Shown: positions 10,388 to 20,454, counted from the stretch's first letter. The stretch: DNA of 64,000 bases from an uncultured Candidatus Saccharibacteria bacterium (GCA_964611205.1 CAZSZB010000003.1:23764-87763); one strand, 5' to 3'. Notes: generated by a model not told the origin, from the sequence alone. Numbers and translations: made by a program.

Positions 10388-10537
10388 CTATTTTGATTTT
10401 TTAACCGCTAGTGAAACACGACCCTTACGACGTCGATTACGTAGAATCTTTATTCCTGTTTTTGAGGCCGTTCGCGCTAAGAAACCATGAGTGGTCATAC
10501 GTTTCTTTTGGCTCGGCTGATAAGTTCTTTTTACCAT
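10388..10537 (-). CDS. rpmH: 50S ribosomal protein L34
   Basis: Hand translation gives [49 protein letters not shown]. It is below the ORF-track size cutoff. Confidence 0.85.
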   Translation of the reverse strand: MVKRTYQPSQKKRMTTHGFLARTASKTGIKILRNRRRKGRVSLAVKKSK

Positions 10538-10656
10538 ATTGAATGTTTAGTGGCCACAACTATACACTACACACAGTATTTTTCAAGCCATTAAAATCAG
10601 TCTTAATTACCTTAGCTAAATTAAGGAGGGAGAGCAGAAGAAATAATATTTAAAAA

Positions 10657-10729
10657 GTTATACACAACTTATACACAGATGACTGGGGTTGCAAAAAAAA
10701 TCGGGCGGTTTCTTTTGGTTTTATCCACA
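10657..10729. promoter_or_regulatory. oriC-type DnaA box cluster upstream of dnaA
   Basis: TTATACACA at 10657-10665 and 10668-10676, and a perfect TTATCCACA at 10721-10729. Confidence 0.6.
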
Positions 10730-10734
10730 AAAAG

Positions 10735-10762
10735 TTTACAGTTTCGGTGGGGAGGGTATAAT
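10735..10762 (+). promoter_or_regulatory. putative sigma70-type dnaA promoter (TTTACA-16-TATAAT)
   Basis: Hexamers read directly, 34 nt upstream of the dnaA ATG. Confidence 0.4.
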
Positions 10763-10795
10763 GCTTTCACTACTTAAATTGACTAAGTCTTTGTT

Positions 10796-12178
10796 ATGAA
10801 TACACAATCACATCTATCTACAAACAATATTGTCCACACTGAACAAGTAGATGTAAAAAAATTGTGGGATGACGCCTTAGTCAATATTGAACTATCAATT
10901 ACTCCAGCCAACTTCAAAACTTGGTTTAAAGACACTTACATTGTTTCTCTGGAAGATGGGACCATCACTCTTGGGGTACCTAGTGTTTTTGTTCGTGACT
11001 GGTTACAGGATAAATTCCAAACTCTAGTGTTAAAAACCCTCCGAGAATTAACCCCTCATGTTCGCAGCATCGAATATACAGTAGTACAACGTAATGACAA
11101 AAAGCAAAGCAATAGCCGCACCCAAACAGTTAATGCTTCTTTACCTTTAGAAGAATATTACATAAACAAAAATGACAACTTAAACCCAAAATATACTTTT
11201 GGTACATTTGTCATAGGTCCTTTCAATGCCTTAGCCCACACTGCTGCTAAAACTGTTAGTGAGAAACCAGGGATTGCTTATAACCCACTCTTTATCTACG
11301 GAAAAACTGGTCACGGTAAAACTCATCTTATTCAAGCTGTTGGTAACCAACTTAAAAAAGCTGGCAAAAAAGTTTTTTATGTTACCAGCGAACGTTTTAC
11401 AGTAGATTATTTCAATTCTCTACAAAACGGTACGGCTAATAATTTTAAAGATAAATATCGCCAATATGACGTTCTGATAATGGATGATATTCAATTTTTA
11501 GCTAATAAAGAGAAAACTCAAGAAGAATTATTCCACTTATTTAACGCTTTACACGATTGTAATAAACAAATTGTTTTTTCTAGTGATCTTCATCCAGCTT
11601 TACTTTCTGGCTTAGAGGACAGACTACGATCTCGCTTTAGCCAGGGTATGATTGTTGATATTCCAGCTCCTGATATGGAATCACGAGCCGCTATTTTACG
11701 AGCTAAAGCAGCCCAAAATAGCTTAAGTCTATCTGAAGAAGTAGTTGACCACTTAGCAAATACTATTGAAGGTAATATTAGGGAATTGGAAGGGGCACTT
11801 AATACTATTATGTGTCAATCTCAGTTAATGGGGCGTACTCTTTCTCTAGATGAAGTTAAAACCATCATAAAAAATAGCACTCGACCGCGAAAAACTCTGG
11901 CTGTATCTGATGTAGTAGAAAAAGTTGCTCGTTATTTCGATATTGATCCAGCCTCAATCTATGAAAAAACCCGTCGCAAAGAAATTGTTAAACCAAGGCA
12001 ACTTATTATGTATATTTTGCGAGAAGATTTTCAAGTTTCTTACCCAGCGATTGGGCAAAAGTTAGGGGGCCGTGACCATACTACAGTTATTCACTCTTGT
12101 GAGAAGATAAGAAATGATTTGAAAGGTAACTCAGAACTTGATGAAGAAATTACTCAGATAAGATTACTTCTTAAATAA
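10796..12178 (+). CDS. dnaA: chromosomal replication initiator DnaA
   Basis: AAA+ Walker A GKTGHGKTHL, a DVLIMDDIQF box, and the C-terminal DNA-binding helix region. Confidence 0.95.
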   Translation: MNTQSHLSTNNIVHTEQVDVKKLWDDALVNIELSITPANFKTWFKDTYIVSLEDGTITLGVPSVFVRDWLQDKFQTLVLKTLRELTPHVRSIEYTVVQRNDKKQSNSRTQTVNASLPLEEYYINKNDNLNPKYTFGTFVIGPFNALAHTAAKTVSEKPGIAYNPLFIYGKTGHGKTHLIQAVGNQLKKAGKKVFYVTSERFTVDYFNSLQNGTANNFKDKYRQYDVLIMDDIQFLANKEKTQEELFHLFNALHDCNKQIVFSSDLHPALLSGLEDRLRSRFSQGMIVDIPAPDMESRAAILRAKAAQNSLSLSEEVVDHLANTIEGNIRELEGALNTIMCQSQLMGRTLSLDEVKTIIKNSTRPRKTLAVSDVVEKVARYFDIDPASIYEKTRRKEIVKPRQLIMYILREDFQVSYPAIGQKLGGRDHTTVIHSCEKIRNDLKGNSELDEEITQIRLLLK

Positions 12179-12180
12179 AA

Positions 12181-12208
12181 CACTTCAGTTAACTGAAGTG
12201 TTTTATTT
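12181..12208 (+). terminator. hairpin cacttcagttaactgaagtg plus T-run
   Basis: Lies immediately after the dnaA stop. Confidence 0.5.
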
Positions 12209-12349
12209 AATATCTACAGCTGTGTATAAAGCTGTAGATAAGTAATGGAAATTCAAAAGTTCCTCTGTTAGTAAAGCTAGTGTAGAATGAGGGACAACTG
12301 TGAATGCTTTGGGGATTAGAAAGAAGTTATACCCACTTTTTTAGAAACT

Positions 12350-12470
12350 CTCAGCTATACACAAACTTATCCGAGTTATTACCCACTTCTATTAACAGTT
12401 TCCACAAAAATAACCACTAAAATAAAACATATACTAAGCCATAGATTTGAGATTTCCACAGATCCACAGA
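12350..12470. promoter_or_regulatory. second DnaA-box-like cluster / AT-rich region between dnaA and dnaN
   Basis: cTATACACA, TTTCCACAA, TTTCCACAG and gATCCACAG variants lie within an AT-rich stretch, giving a bipartite-origin-like layout. Confidence 0.35.
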
Positions 12471-12510
12471 CCTAATAATAAGGAGTAAAATAGAAGAATA
12501 AAAAATAATT

Positions 12511-13605
12511 ATGCACATCACTCTCGACAAAGACCAATTATTAAAACAATTGGAATTAGCACAAAAGATAAGTACTAAACATGCTACCTTGCCGGTACTA
12601 CAGTGTTTACTTTTAGAAGCAAAAGATGGGCAATTAATTATTAGAGCTACTAACTTAGAAATTGGTTTAGAATCAACTATTAAAGCTAATATTGAAACAC
12701 CAGGAAAAATTGCCGTCCCTGCTACTACTTTGACACAAACTATTTCTTTTTTGAATTGTAAGGAAGTTACTCTGAAAGTAGAAGATTCTGTTTTATTGGT
12801 TGAAAGTAATGGTTCTAATACGAGTATAAAAACTATCCCCGATGATGAATTTCCTACTATCCCTAAGATAAAAACTACTGGTCAGACAATTAAGAAAGAT
12901 TTATTTTCTTTAGGAATTAAAACAGCTGCTATTGCAGCTAGTGTAGCCTCTATTAAACCTGAGTTAGGAAGTATTTACATAAATCAAAAAAAAGAACACA
13001 CTCTAACTTTTGTGGCAACAGATTCCTTTCGTTTAATAGAAAAAACAGTCCCCCAAAAAGGTTTTGTTTTAGATGAATCTATAATGATTCCTTATAAAAA
13101 TGCTCTGGAATTAGCTCGAGTTTGTGATGTGGAAGAAGGAGACGTTGAGTTAAAGATAAATGAAAATCAATGTGCCTTAGTCTTTTCAGATGGTCTTTAT
13201 ATAACTTCTCGTTTAACAACTGGATCTTTCCCTGATTATGAACAAATAATACCAAAAGAGTACTCTTCACATACCACTTTAATAAAACAAGATTTACAAA
13301 ATACCTTCAGAAAAACAAATATTTTTTTAAACAAGTTTTTACAAGTTACTCTAAACATAACCAATAATTCTCTAACCGTATCAGCTAATAGTGGAGATGT
13401 TGGTAATACTACTGAATCAATCAAAGCCCAAACAGAAGGTGATGAATTAACTTTAAGTTTTAATCAACGTTATCTTTCAGAACCTTTAAATTATATTACT
13501 GATGATAGTTTGGTGATGCATTTTGCTGGTATTGGTAGACCTTTGGTTATGAGTGGTGTGAATGATAATACTCTACGTTATTTGGTTATGCCGATGAATA
13601 AGTAG
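12511..13605 (+). CDS. dnaN: DNA polymerase III beta sliding clamp
   Basis: Position after dnaA, a three-domain clamp length of 364 aa, and the N-terminal MxITLDKDQLLKQL..PVLQCLLLEA pattern. Confidence 0.9.
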   Translation: MHITLDKDQLLKQLELAQKISTKHATLPVLQCLLLEAKDGQLIIRATNLEIGLESTIKANIETPGKIAVPATTLTQTISFLNCKEVTLKVEDSVLLVESNGSNTSIKTIPDDEFPTIPKIKTTGQTIKKDLFSLGIKTAAIAASVASIKPELGSIYINQKKEHTLTFVATDSFRLIEKTVPQKGFVLDESIMIPYKNALELARVCDVEEGDVELKINENQCALVFSDGLYITSRLTTGSFPDYEQIIPKEYSSHTTLIKQDLQNTFRKTNIFLNKFLQVTLNITNNSLTVSANSGDVGNTTESIKAQTEGDELTLSFNQRYLSEPLNYITDDSLVMHFAGIGRPLVMSGVNDNTLRYLVMPMNK

Positions 13606-13627
13606 GTTCTAAATACTTTATTATCTT

Positions 13628-13915
13628 ATGGCTCGCGGAGAAGGAATTAAAAAATTATCAGATTTATTTAGTAAGTATAAAAATACTTTAATTGCTCCCC
13701 AAGGATCAGTCATTAATACTTTTTGTGAAGTAGTTTATGAAACTTTAGATATATCCTTAAATAAAACACAAATTAAATATAATGTTCATAATAAAACTAT
13801 TATTTTAAATACACCTAGTGTCCTAAAGTCAGAAATAAAGTTGCACCAAAAAGATATATTAAATCACTTGAAAGGGAGGTTAGGAGTTGATAACGCACCA
13901 AAAGACATTCTTTAA
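13628..13915 (+). CDS. DUF721 / DciA-like small protein
   Basis: 95 aa immediately after dnaN. The C-terminal SEIKLHQKDILNHLKGRLG pattern is typical of DUF721. Confidence 0.4.
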   Translation: MARGEGIKKLSDLFSKYKNTLIAPQGSVINTFCEVVYETLDISLNKTQIKYNVHNKTIILNTPSVLKSEIKLHQKDILNHLKGRLGVDNAPKDIL

Positions 13916-13929
13916 ATAATTATGAAATT

Positions 13930-13961
13930 AAAAAACTCTGGAGTATTCTCCAGAGTTTTTT
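13930..13961. terminator. bidirectional hairpin aaaaaactctggag..ctccagagtttttt
   Basis: Lies between the convergent DUF721 and PBP genes. Confidence 0.5.
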
Positions 13962-13969
13962 AATTTAAT

Positions 13970-16195
13970 TTAGTCTTGATTTTCGGACTCTTCGTTTTCA
14001 GTTACGGTGTTTGTTATTTGTGGAATGAAAGAAGAAAAGTTTTCATTTTTCCACTTTTGGACAGCGTATTCCCAGTTCCTATACTGTGGATCATTGGCCG
14101 GGTTGCTAGGGTAATCTCCTAAAGGATCACTTTTATTAACAAAGTGAAGAATATTGTGAATACCAAATGATAAATCATTGAAGTCTAATGAACCATTGTC
14201 GCCCAAATTAATATTGTTGATAATGGTGCTAGCATCAACGACACTACCTCTTAAGATAGGTTTAATGTTACTTGGTATAGCATCTGGCTCAGAAAAACTC
14301 TGAGCTTCTGTTTTAGTGAGAGCAAAATCCATGAACTCCCGCCACATAGGTGTAGCAATTAAACCAGATAATCCACCGCCCATAGCTGAGTTGTCATTAT
14401 TTCCAACCCAAACACCAACTGCTAGATTTGGTGTATAACCCATTATCCAAGCATCAAGTAAGTTGTTGGTACTACCTGATTTAACGGCTACATCACGATT
14501 GGTAAAGTTAACTATCGAGTTATATCCCCAAAGTGGCGATCGAGCAGCATCATCCGATAGGATATCGCTTATTTGAAGAGCTACTTGTCTATCTAGGACA
14601 CGTCTTTGTTTTGGCTCAAATTCGTCTATAACGTTCCCTTGGGTATCTTCTACTCTTAAGATGGATCTACTGTCAGCCTTGACCCCCTCATTGGCAAATA
14701 CAGCATAAGCTCCAGTGTGTTCAGCAAGCTTTACCTCACCTCCTCCAAGTACTAGGGTTAAACCTAATCGATCAGGGTCGTTTAGAGTTGTTATTCCCAT
14801 ATCTCCAGCTAATCTAATAGCGTCACGTAGTCCAGTTAAATAAAGAACTTTTACAGCCGGTATGTTTAGAGATTGAGCTAAAGCTTCGCGCAGAGAGGTT
14901 GGACCTTTGAATTTATGGTTATAGTTATTAGGAGAATAACAAGGTGAAGCAGAAGTCATATCCCAAGGCTCACAAACCGCTCCAAACTGTGTCTTTACGT
15001 CATATACGATAGTACTAGGAGTATAGCCTTTACTAAAAGCAGAGGCATAAACTATTGGTTTAATAGAAGACCCTGGCTGACGAGAGGCTAGAGCGACGTT
15101 ATAGTTACCATCTATTTCTTCATCAAAGTAATCACGTGAACCAACCATCACTAAAATATCACCCTCCTGAGGATTAATCGCCACTAAGCCTGCATTGCTA
15201 GCGTTGTATTTCTCAGTGTTCTCTAAGGCCTTTCTCTTTACAATTTCCTCGGCCTCTTTTTGTAATTCCCAATCTAAAGTAGTGATAACCCGCAGGCCTT
15301 TTTCGGCTAAGGCATTTTCTCCGTACATTTGGGCCAGTTGTTCTCTGATATACATTACGAAATGAGGAGCTCTAATTCCAGAAACTGCTTGCGGTTGAAA
15401 TTCTACCTCGGTATTTACAGCCTCATCATATTCTTCTTGGTTGATGAAACCATTAATCTGCATTCTTTTAAGAACTAAACGGGCTCGCTCATCTAGCTTG
15501 TCCCGATTATTTCCGTACGGTGATAAATAAGTTGGAGCTTGTGGTAGGGCAGCTATATAAGCACTTTCTGCTAAGTTCACTTCACTAGCTGGCTTTCCAA
15601 AAAAAGATTGGGAAGCTTCCTCCACCCCATAAATAGTTCCACCGTACGGTGATTCATTTAGATAGTGACCAAGAATTTCATCTTTGGTTAAGGATTGTTC
15701 TAAACGGATAGCTAAGATAGCTTCTTTTATTTTACGTTGTAATTTTTTGTCACCCTCTAAAATAGAGTTTTTTACTACTTGTTGCGTAATGGTAGAACCA
15801 CCTTGTCCACCAAGTAAATTACCTTGGGTTAGGTTGGTTAAAGCCGCTCTAACAATCGCTTTCAAATCAACTCCCCAGTGCTTATAGAACTGATCGTCTT
15901 CAATTGCAACGGTGGCATTCTTAATATGGTAGGAGATATCTTCATAAGGAACTATGGTGCGACGGACATCCTGGTGTAGGTCATAAAGTAAGATTTCCCC
16001 TGTCCGGTCATAGATCTTTGTGGATTGGAGAATACGTCTTTGGTCGAAGCTGGAAAGATCAGGAATATCAAGAGTCGATATCCAAATAAATAAACCACCA
16101 ATTAATACCATCATTAGTACAAAAAAACCGATGAGACCGTCTATAGCTGTGTCTCGCCAGTGCTTTTTGAACCAACTTTTTATATTATTTTTCAT
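13970..16195 (-). CDS. class A penicillin-binding protein 1A (transglycosylase + transpeptidase)
   Basis: GT51 motifs (GGSTITQQVVKN region), and SSIKP, SGS and KSGSTNN transpeptidase motifs. N-terminal TM anchor. Confidence 0.9.
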   Translation of the reverse strand: MKNNIKSWFKKHWRDTAIDGLIGFFVLMMVLIGGLFIWISTLDIPDLSSFDQRRILQSTKIYDRTGEILLYDLHQDVRRTIVPYEDISYHIKNATVAIEDDQFYKHWGVDLKAIVRAALTNLTQGNLLGGQGGSTITQQVVKNSILEGDKKLQRKIKEAILAIRLEQSLTKDEILGHYLNESPYGGTIYGVEEASQSFFGKPASEVNLAESAYIAALPQAPTYLSPYGNNRDKLDERARLVLKRMQINGFINQEEYDEAVNTEVEFQPQAVSGIRAPHFVMYIREQLAQMYGENALAEKGLRVITTLDWELQKEAEEIVKRKALENTEKYNASNAGLVAINPQEGDILVMVGSRDYFDEEIDGNYNVALASRQPGSSIKPIVYASAFSKGYTPSTIVYDVKTQFGAVCEPWDMTSASPCYSPNNYNHKFKGPTSLREALAQSLNIPAVKVLYLTGLRDAIRLAGDMGITTLNDPDRLGLTLVLGGGEVKLAEHTGAYAVFANEGVKADSRSILRVEDTQGNVIDEFEPKQRRVLDRQVALQISDILSDDAARSPLWGYNSIVNFTNRDVAVKSGSTNNLLDAWIMGYTPNLAVGVWVGNNDNSAMGGGLSGLIATPMWREFMDFALTKTEAQSFSEPDAIPSNIKPILRGSVVDASTIINNINLGDNGSLDFNDLSFGIHNILHFVNKSDPLGDYPSNPANDPQYRNWEYAVQKWKNENFSSFIPQITNTVTENEESENQD

Positions 16196-16280
16196 ATTGT
16201 TAGTCGTTATAAAAACAATAGTAGCACGGTCTGTCTAGCTATACTTAAAGCAATCCTGTGGTAAAGTTATTTCATAATTA

Positions 16281-17531
16281 ATGTTTATGAAACTATCTGA
16301 AGAGTTAAAAGCACGAGGATTTATTAGTCAACACACGGGGGAATCACTCGACGAAGTATTGGATGGTGATAAGCGGACTGTTTACCATGGAATAGACCCT
16401 TCAGCTGATTCCGCTCACGCTGGAAATATGGTGATGTGGATGTTGTTAAGACACTTAACCAATAATGGACATAAAGTAATCTTCTTGGTGGGTGGTGGAA
16501 CCGGTATGATTGGAGACCCTAAACCAGACTCTGAACGAGTATTGCAGAGTACAGAAAAAGTAGAGGAGAATGTCCAAAAAATTAAATCCCAAGCGGAGCG
16601 TTTGATTGGAGGACAGGCCGGAATTGAGTTTGTGAATAATGCAGACTGGTTGTGTCAGGTTGGCTTAATTGATTTTTTACGTGATATTGGTAAACACTTC
16701 ACTGTTAATGAATTAGTAAAAAAAGAAGCTATCTCTTCAAGGATGGAGAGTGAGCAAGGTATTTCTTATACTGAGTTTGCCTATCCCTTGCTTCAAGGAT
16801 TTGATTATTTAACTCTATATCGAGACAAGGGTTGTACTCTTCAAGTAGGTGGCTCTGACCAATGGGGAAATATTATAGCGGGAGTTGATTTAGTTAGGAG
16901 AAAAGAGCAGAAAACAGTCCATGCTCTGACAACTCCTCTGGTCGTTGATAAAGCAACTGGTAAAAAGTTTGGTAAAAGTGAAGGTAACGCTGTTTGGCTT
17001 GATGCAGAAAAAACATCACCTTATCAATTTTATCAATTTTGGTTGAATGTCTCTGATGAAAGCGTAATTGATTACCTTAAGCTGTTCACCTTCTTATCTC
17101 TAGATGAAATAGCCGTCATTGAGGCTGAATTTACGGCTAACCCGGGTTCACGTCAGGCGCAAAGAAAATTGGCAGCCGAAGTTACCAAGTTTGTGCATAA
17201 AGAAGATGTTACCGAATCGGTTATAAAAGCTTCTGAAGCATTATTTGGCACAGTTGAGTTTGCTGATTTGAGCGAAGCTGAGCTTTCGATGGTGAAAGAA
17301 AATGCACCAGCTTTTAAAGTTGCTAATAAAATTACCTTAGTAGATGCTCTAGTTGAATCAAAGTTAGCTGCCAGTAAAAGAGAGGCTAGGACTTTTATTA
17401 CTGAAGGAGCTGTTCAGATAAACAATAATAAAATAGAAGATACAGATAGTGTTTTAGATAGCAGTAGCTTAGGACAGGATGTTTTATTAAAACGGGGTAA
17501 GAAATATTACGCTATTTTGAGCCTTGGTTAG
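16281..17531 (+). CDS. tyrS: tyrosyl-tRNA synthetase
   Basis: HIGH-region variant (SAHAGN), a KFGKSEGN KMSKS-type motif, and a C-terminal S4-like domain. Confidence 0.9.
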   Translation: MFMKLSEELKARGFISQHTGESLDEVLDGDKRTVYHGIDPSADSAHAGNMVMWMLLRHLTNNGHKVIFLVGGGTGMIGDPKPDSERVLQSTEKVEENVQKIKSQAERLIGGQAGIEFVNNADWLCQVGLIDFLRDIGKHFTVNELVKKEAISSRMESEQGISYTEFAYPLLQGFDYLTLYRDKGCTLQVGGSDQWGNIIAGVDLVRRKEQKTVHALTTPLVVDKATGKKFGKSEGNAVWLDAEKTSPYQFYQFWLNVSDESVIDYLKLFTFLSLDEIAVIEAEFTANPGSRQAQRKLAAEVTKFVHKEDVTESVIKASEALFGTVEFADLSEAELSMVKENAPAFKVANKITLVDALVESKLAASKREARTFITEGAVQINNNKIEDTDSVLDSSSLGQDVLLKRGKKYYAILSLG

Positions 17532-17543
17532 ATTACTATTATT

Positions 17544-17584
17544 AAAATACCCGCTTCATAGTCTGACTATGAAGCGGGTATTTT
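17544..17584. terminator. bidirectional hairpin aaaatacccgcttcata..tatgaagcgggtatttt
   Basis: Lies between tyrS and the convergent acidic-protein gene. Confidence 0.55.
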
Positions 17585-17598
17585 AGCAAATTTTGTTT

Positions 17599-17880
17599 TT
17601 AGAGTTCATCAACATCATCGAAACGGTCATAATCCATATCCTCAGCATCGTCCTCCAGCTCGGGATCGTCCTCGTCTTCTTTGTCATCAGAATCGTCATC
17701 ATCGTCCTCGTCGTCTGATTCATCTAGTAGTCCAAAACCTTCAGTATCATCATCTGTATCATCGTCACTGGATATCTCATCTAGGATATCGTCGCCCAAA
17801 CTAACATCATCATCTACCATGTCAGATTCTTCATCTGGGTTTAATTCCTCGTCATTAATAGTATCGGTAAAAAAAGTCAT
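17599..17880 (-). CDS. extremely acidic small protein (Asp/Glu over 45%)
   Basis: 93-aa ORF with D/E runs and a terminator downstream. The complementary-strand Ser-rich ORF is the mirror artefact. Confidence 0.45.
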   Translation of the reverse strand: MTFFTDTINDEELNPDEESDMVDDDVSLGDDILDEISSDDDTDDDTEGFGLLDESDDEDDDDDSDDKEDEDDPELEDDAEDMDYDRFDDVDEL

Positions 17881-17969
17881 ACGTTTTGCTTTGGTGATTT
17901 ATTTATACTAATTTTTAACAAAGTTTCAAATCTTTGCAACCATTGTTTGTTGCGCAGATTTTATCTAAA

Positions 17970-18440
17970 TCATCGTTGGTATGCAAGTGTTGTAATACCA
18001 ATAGCAATAGCATCGTACTCATCGTCAAGGGCATTCTCAGGTACATTCTGCACTAATCGTTTAACCATATCAATAACAGCGTTTTTATCGCTCTTACCAT
18101 ACCCGGTCACAGCTATTTTTATCTGCTGAGGGCTGAGTTCAAGAACCTGTGCTTTCGCTTCCTGAGCTAGAAACATCACTACTCCTCTCGCCTGAGCGAC
18201 ACCAATAGCGGTTTTTATGTTTTTGTTAAAAAATAAGGTCTCGATACCGACCACGGTGGGTTGATATTTTTTAAGTAGTGTCTGCACCACCTTTCCTAAT
18301 TCATACAGACGTTCATCCAAGGTAGCTTCTTTATTTGTTTCGATACAGACTGAATATAGCAATATTTCTTTGCCATTTTGTTTTTCCATAACGGCTACAC
18401 CCATCCGGTCGTAGCCTGGATCAACTGCTAAAACTTTCAT
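17970..18440 (-). CDS. ruvC: crossover junction endodeoxyribonuclease RuvC
   Basis: An MKVLAVDPGYDRMGVAV start and a VVGIETLFFNKN..AxGVAQARG core. Confidence 0.85.
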   Translation of the reverse strand: MKVLAVDPGYDRMGVAVMEKQNGKEILLYSVCIETNKEATLDERLYELGKVVQTLLKKYQPTVVGIETLFFNKNIKTAIGVAQARGVVMFLAQEAKAQVLELSPQQIKIAVTGYGKSDKNAVIDMVKRLVQNVPENALDDEYDAIAIGITTLAYQR

Positions 18441-18513
18441 GATTTAATTAGAATATCACGAATTAAATAGATTATTTCTTATACCTTAGTCAGACTAAGG
18501 TGTAAGGAGTTAC

Positions 18514-19056
18514 TTATTCTTCGGTACTATCAGCCCCAGTGAAGACATCAGTTACATCTTCCAGATCTTCTAACTTCTCGATAAATTCTGCCAATTTTTC
18601 ACCAGTTGCGTCGTCCAGTTCCATAGGTGTTTGCGGAATGTAGACACCATCTTGTTTAGTAAAAGCCCAAGCAGCACTACCCGGGGTGCCCATTTCTAAT
18701 CCTGATTTAGAAAAGACATTTCGTACTTCGGCGGAAGTCCGGTTGTTGTTGTCTGTTACCGCTTGAATAAGGATAGCTACTCCGCCCGGACCATAACCCT
18801 CAAACATAACTTCCTCTAAGGCGTTGCCGCCACCACCAGATCCTTTGGCCACCGCTCGATCGATATTATCTTTAGGCATAGAATCTTTTTTAGCTCTTTC
18901 AATAGCGGCCGCTAGTCCGGCTGAGTTTATATCACCACCGGCTTTACGCGACTCCATTGCAATAATAGCCGAGTGCTTAGAAAAGATTTTACTTTTTGCA
19001 GCATCAGTCGCGGCTTTTTTGTGTTTAATTTTTGACCATTTATTATGTCCACTCAT
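18514..19056 (-). CDS. yebC: YebC/PmpR family DNA-binding regulator (short form)
   Basis: MSGHNKWSKIKHKKAATDAAKSKIFSK, a family-typical N-terminus. Confidence 0.8.
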   Translation of the reverse strand: MSGHNKWSKIKHKKAATDAAKSKIFSKHSAIIAMESRKAGGDINSAGLAAAIERAKKDSMPKDNIDRAVAKGSGGGGNALEEVMFEGYGPGGVAILIQAVTDNNNRTSAEVRNVFSKSGLEMGTPGSAAWAFTKQDGVYIPQTPMELDDATGEKLAEFIEKLEDLEDVTDVFTGADSTEE

Positions 19057-19116
19057 ATTATTATTAGTTTAAATTAATTTTTTTAAATTGTCTCTCTAGA
19101 AGTTGTATTTATTTTA

Positions 19117-20103
19117 TTATAAATTTTGTATGTGATTATAAGCACTAGCACTAGCTATTCGTCCCCGAGGAGTTCTCTCCAGCAAGCCTTGGCGGATAAG
19201 GTAGGGTTCGATAACATCCTCTATCGTAGATTGCTCCTCACCAGTGGCTGCTGCAATAGTGTTGAGTCCGACTGGCCCACCATTAAATTTATTGATGATA
19301 ACTTCTAGAACTGCTCGGTCTGGCGAACTAAGTCCGAGCTGGTCTATCTCTAAAAGATCAAAAGTTCTGTCTACAATCTCAGAAGTTAATCCATCACCTT
19401 CAAGTTGTGCTAAGTCTCGACAACGTTTCAGTAGATAATTAGCTGTTCGCGGGGTAGCTCGACAACGTTTCGCGATGTCACTCATTATTTGACTGTTGGT
19501 TTCTATATTAAGTAGGTTAGCCGAGCGAGCGAGGATGTGAGCGATTTCTTCTTCTTTGTAAAATTCTAGACGAAAAGTTCCACCCGAAAAACGAGAACGC
19601 AAAGGAGAGGATAGAAGTGAGATGCGAGTAGTGGCGGCGACTAAAGTAAAAGGCGGTAATTCTAGTTGGACAGTTCGAGCAGAGGGACCTTTGCCGATAA
19701 TTATATCGAGTACACCGGATTCCATAGCGGGATAAAGCACCTCCTCGATACTTTTAGATAGACGATGGATTTCATCGATAAAGAGTACATCTCCAGGTGA
19801 AAGGTTAGTTAAGATGGCTGCTAGATCACCAACTCGTTCGATAGCTGGTCCTGAGGTAGTACGCATATTGGTGCCAAGAGTCTTAGAGACTAAGTGAGCT
19901 AAAGTAGTTTTACCTAGTCCAGGCGGTCCGTATAACAAAATATGCTCAGCCGCGTGACCACGTTGCCTAGCTGCAGTTAAGAGGATTCTTAAATTTTCTT
20001 TAGTTTTTGTTTGACCGACATATTCCTCCCAGCTTTGTGGACGTAGAGTTTGGTCCAGGTTGCCAGAATTGTCTCGTATGAAGTCGCTGGTTGTTTCTGC
20101 CAT
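19117..20103 (-). CDS. ruvB: Holliday junction helicase RuvB
   Basis: Walker A LLYGPPGLGKTTLA, a sensor region, and a winged-helix C-terminus. The start is placed at the MAETTSDF Met. Confidence 0.9.
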   Translation of the reverse strand: MAETTSDFIRDNSGNLDQTLRPQSWEEYVGQTKTKENLRILLTAARQRGHAAEHILLYGPPGLGKTTLAHLVSKTLGTNMRTTSGPAIERVGDLAAILTNLSPGDVLFIDEIHRLSKSIEEVLYPAMESGVLDIIIGKGPSARTVQLELPPFTLVAATTRISLLSSPLRSRFSGGTFRLEFYKEEEIAHILARSANLLNIETNSQIMSDIAKRCRATPRTANYLLKRCRDLAQLEGDGLTSEIVDRTFDLLEIDQLGLSSPDRAVLEVIINKFNGGPVGLNTIAAATGEEQSTIEDVIEPYLIRQGLLERTPRGRIASASAYNHIQNL

Positions 20104-20168
20104 AATAACTTTATTGTATACAAAAATATACTGACTGGATACTTGTTCTGAGCAAAGTGTATTATCCA

Positions 20169-20208
20169 ATAGGTACGTACTATGGTACGTACCATAGTAC
20201 GTACCTAT
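20169..20208. promoter_or_regulatory. 40-bp perfect palindrome containing three GTACGTAC units at 12-bp spacing
   Basis: ataggtacgtactatggtacgtaccatagtacgtacctat equals its own reverse complement. A TATAAT box lies at 20211-20216, and the element sits between divergent ruvB and the AbrB-like gene. Confidence 0.6.
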
Positions 20209-20229
20209 GTTATAATTTAAATAAATAAT

Positions 20230-20406
20230 ATGACAAAAAGAACTATTGATTTAACCCGTACTCATAAATTATCAAAAGCTGGAGGTAAAAGTTACTATGT
20301 AACTTTACCGATTGAATTTATTCGGCATTTGGGCTGGCAAGAAGGTCAAAAAATAGATGTTACTTTAGAAGGGGAAAGCTTATCCATAAAAGACTGGAAG
20401 AAGTAA
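20230..20406 (+). CDS. AbrB/MazE/SpoVT-type swapped-hairpin DNA-binding protein (58 aa)
   Basis: Hand-translated MTKRTIDLTRTHKLSKAGGKSYYVTLPIEFIRHLGWQEGQKIDVTLEGESLSIKDWKK. It is below the ORF-track cutoff. The pattern matches the SpoVT/AbrB beta-hairpin. Confidence 0.5.
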   Translation: MTKRTIDLTRTHKLSKAGGKSYYVTLPIEFIRHLGWQEGQKIDVTLEGESLSIKDWKK

Positions 20407-20410
20407 TAAA

Positions 20411-20454
20411 GTCAATAAAATATTGACAAAATTGTATACTGTGCTAGTATATTG
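20411..20454 (+). promoter_or_regulatory. palindrome gtcaataaaatattgac overlapping TTGACA-18-TATATT promoter
   Basis: Read directly. No downstream CDS exists before the terminator at 20527-20552. Confidence 0.35.

Noticed and set aside
17681-17911. Ser-rich 76-aa ORF
   Set aside because: It is the mirror frame of the acidic-protein gene (GAT/GAA repeats read as TCA/TCT on the other strand).
19126-19438. Small plus-strand ORFs inside ruvB
   Set aside because: They are antisense artefacts within a strongly supported RuvB gene.
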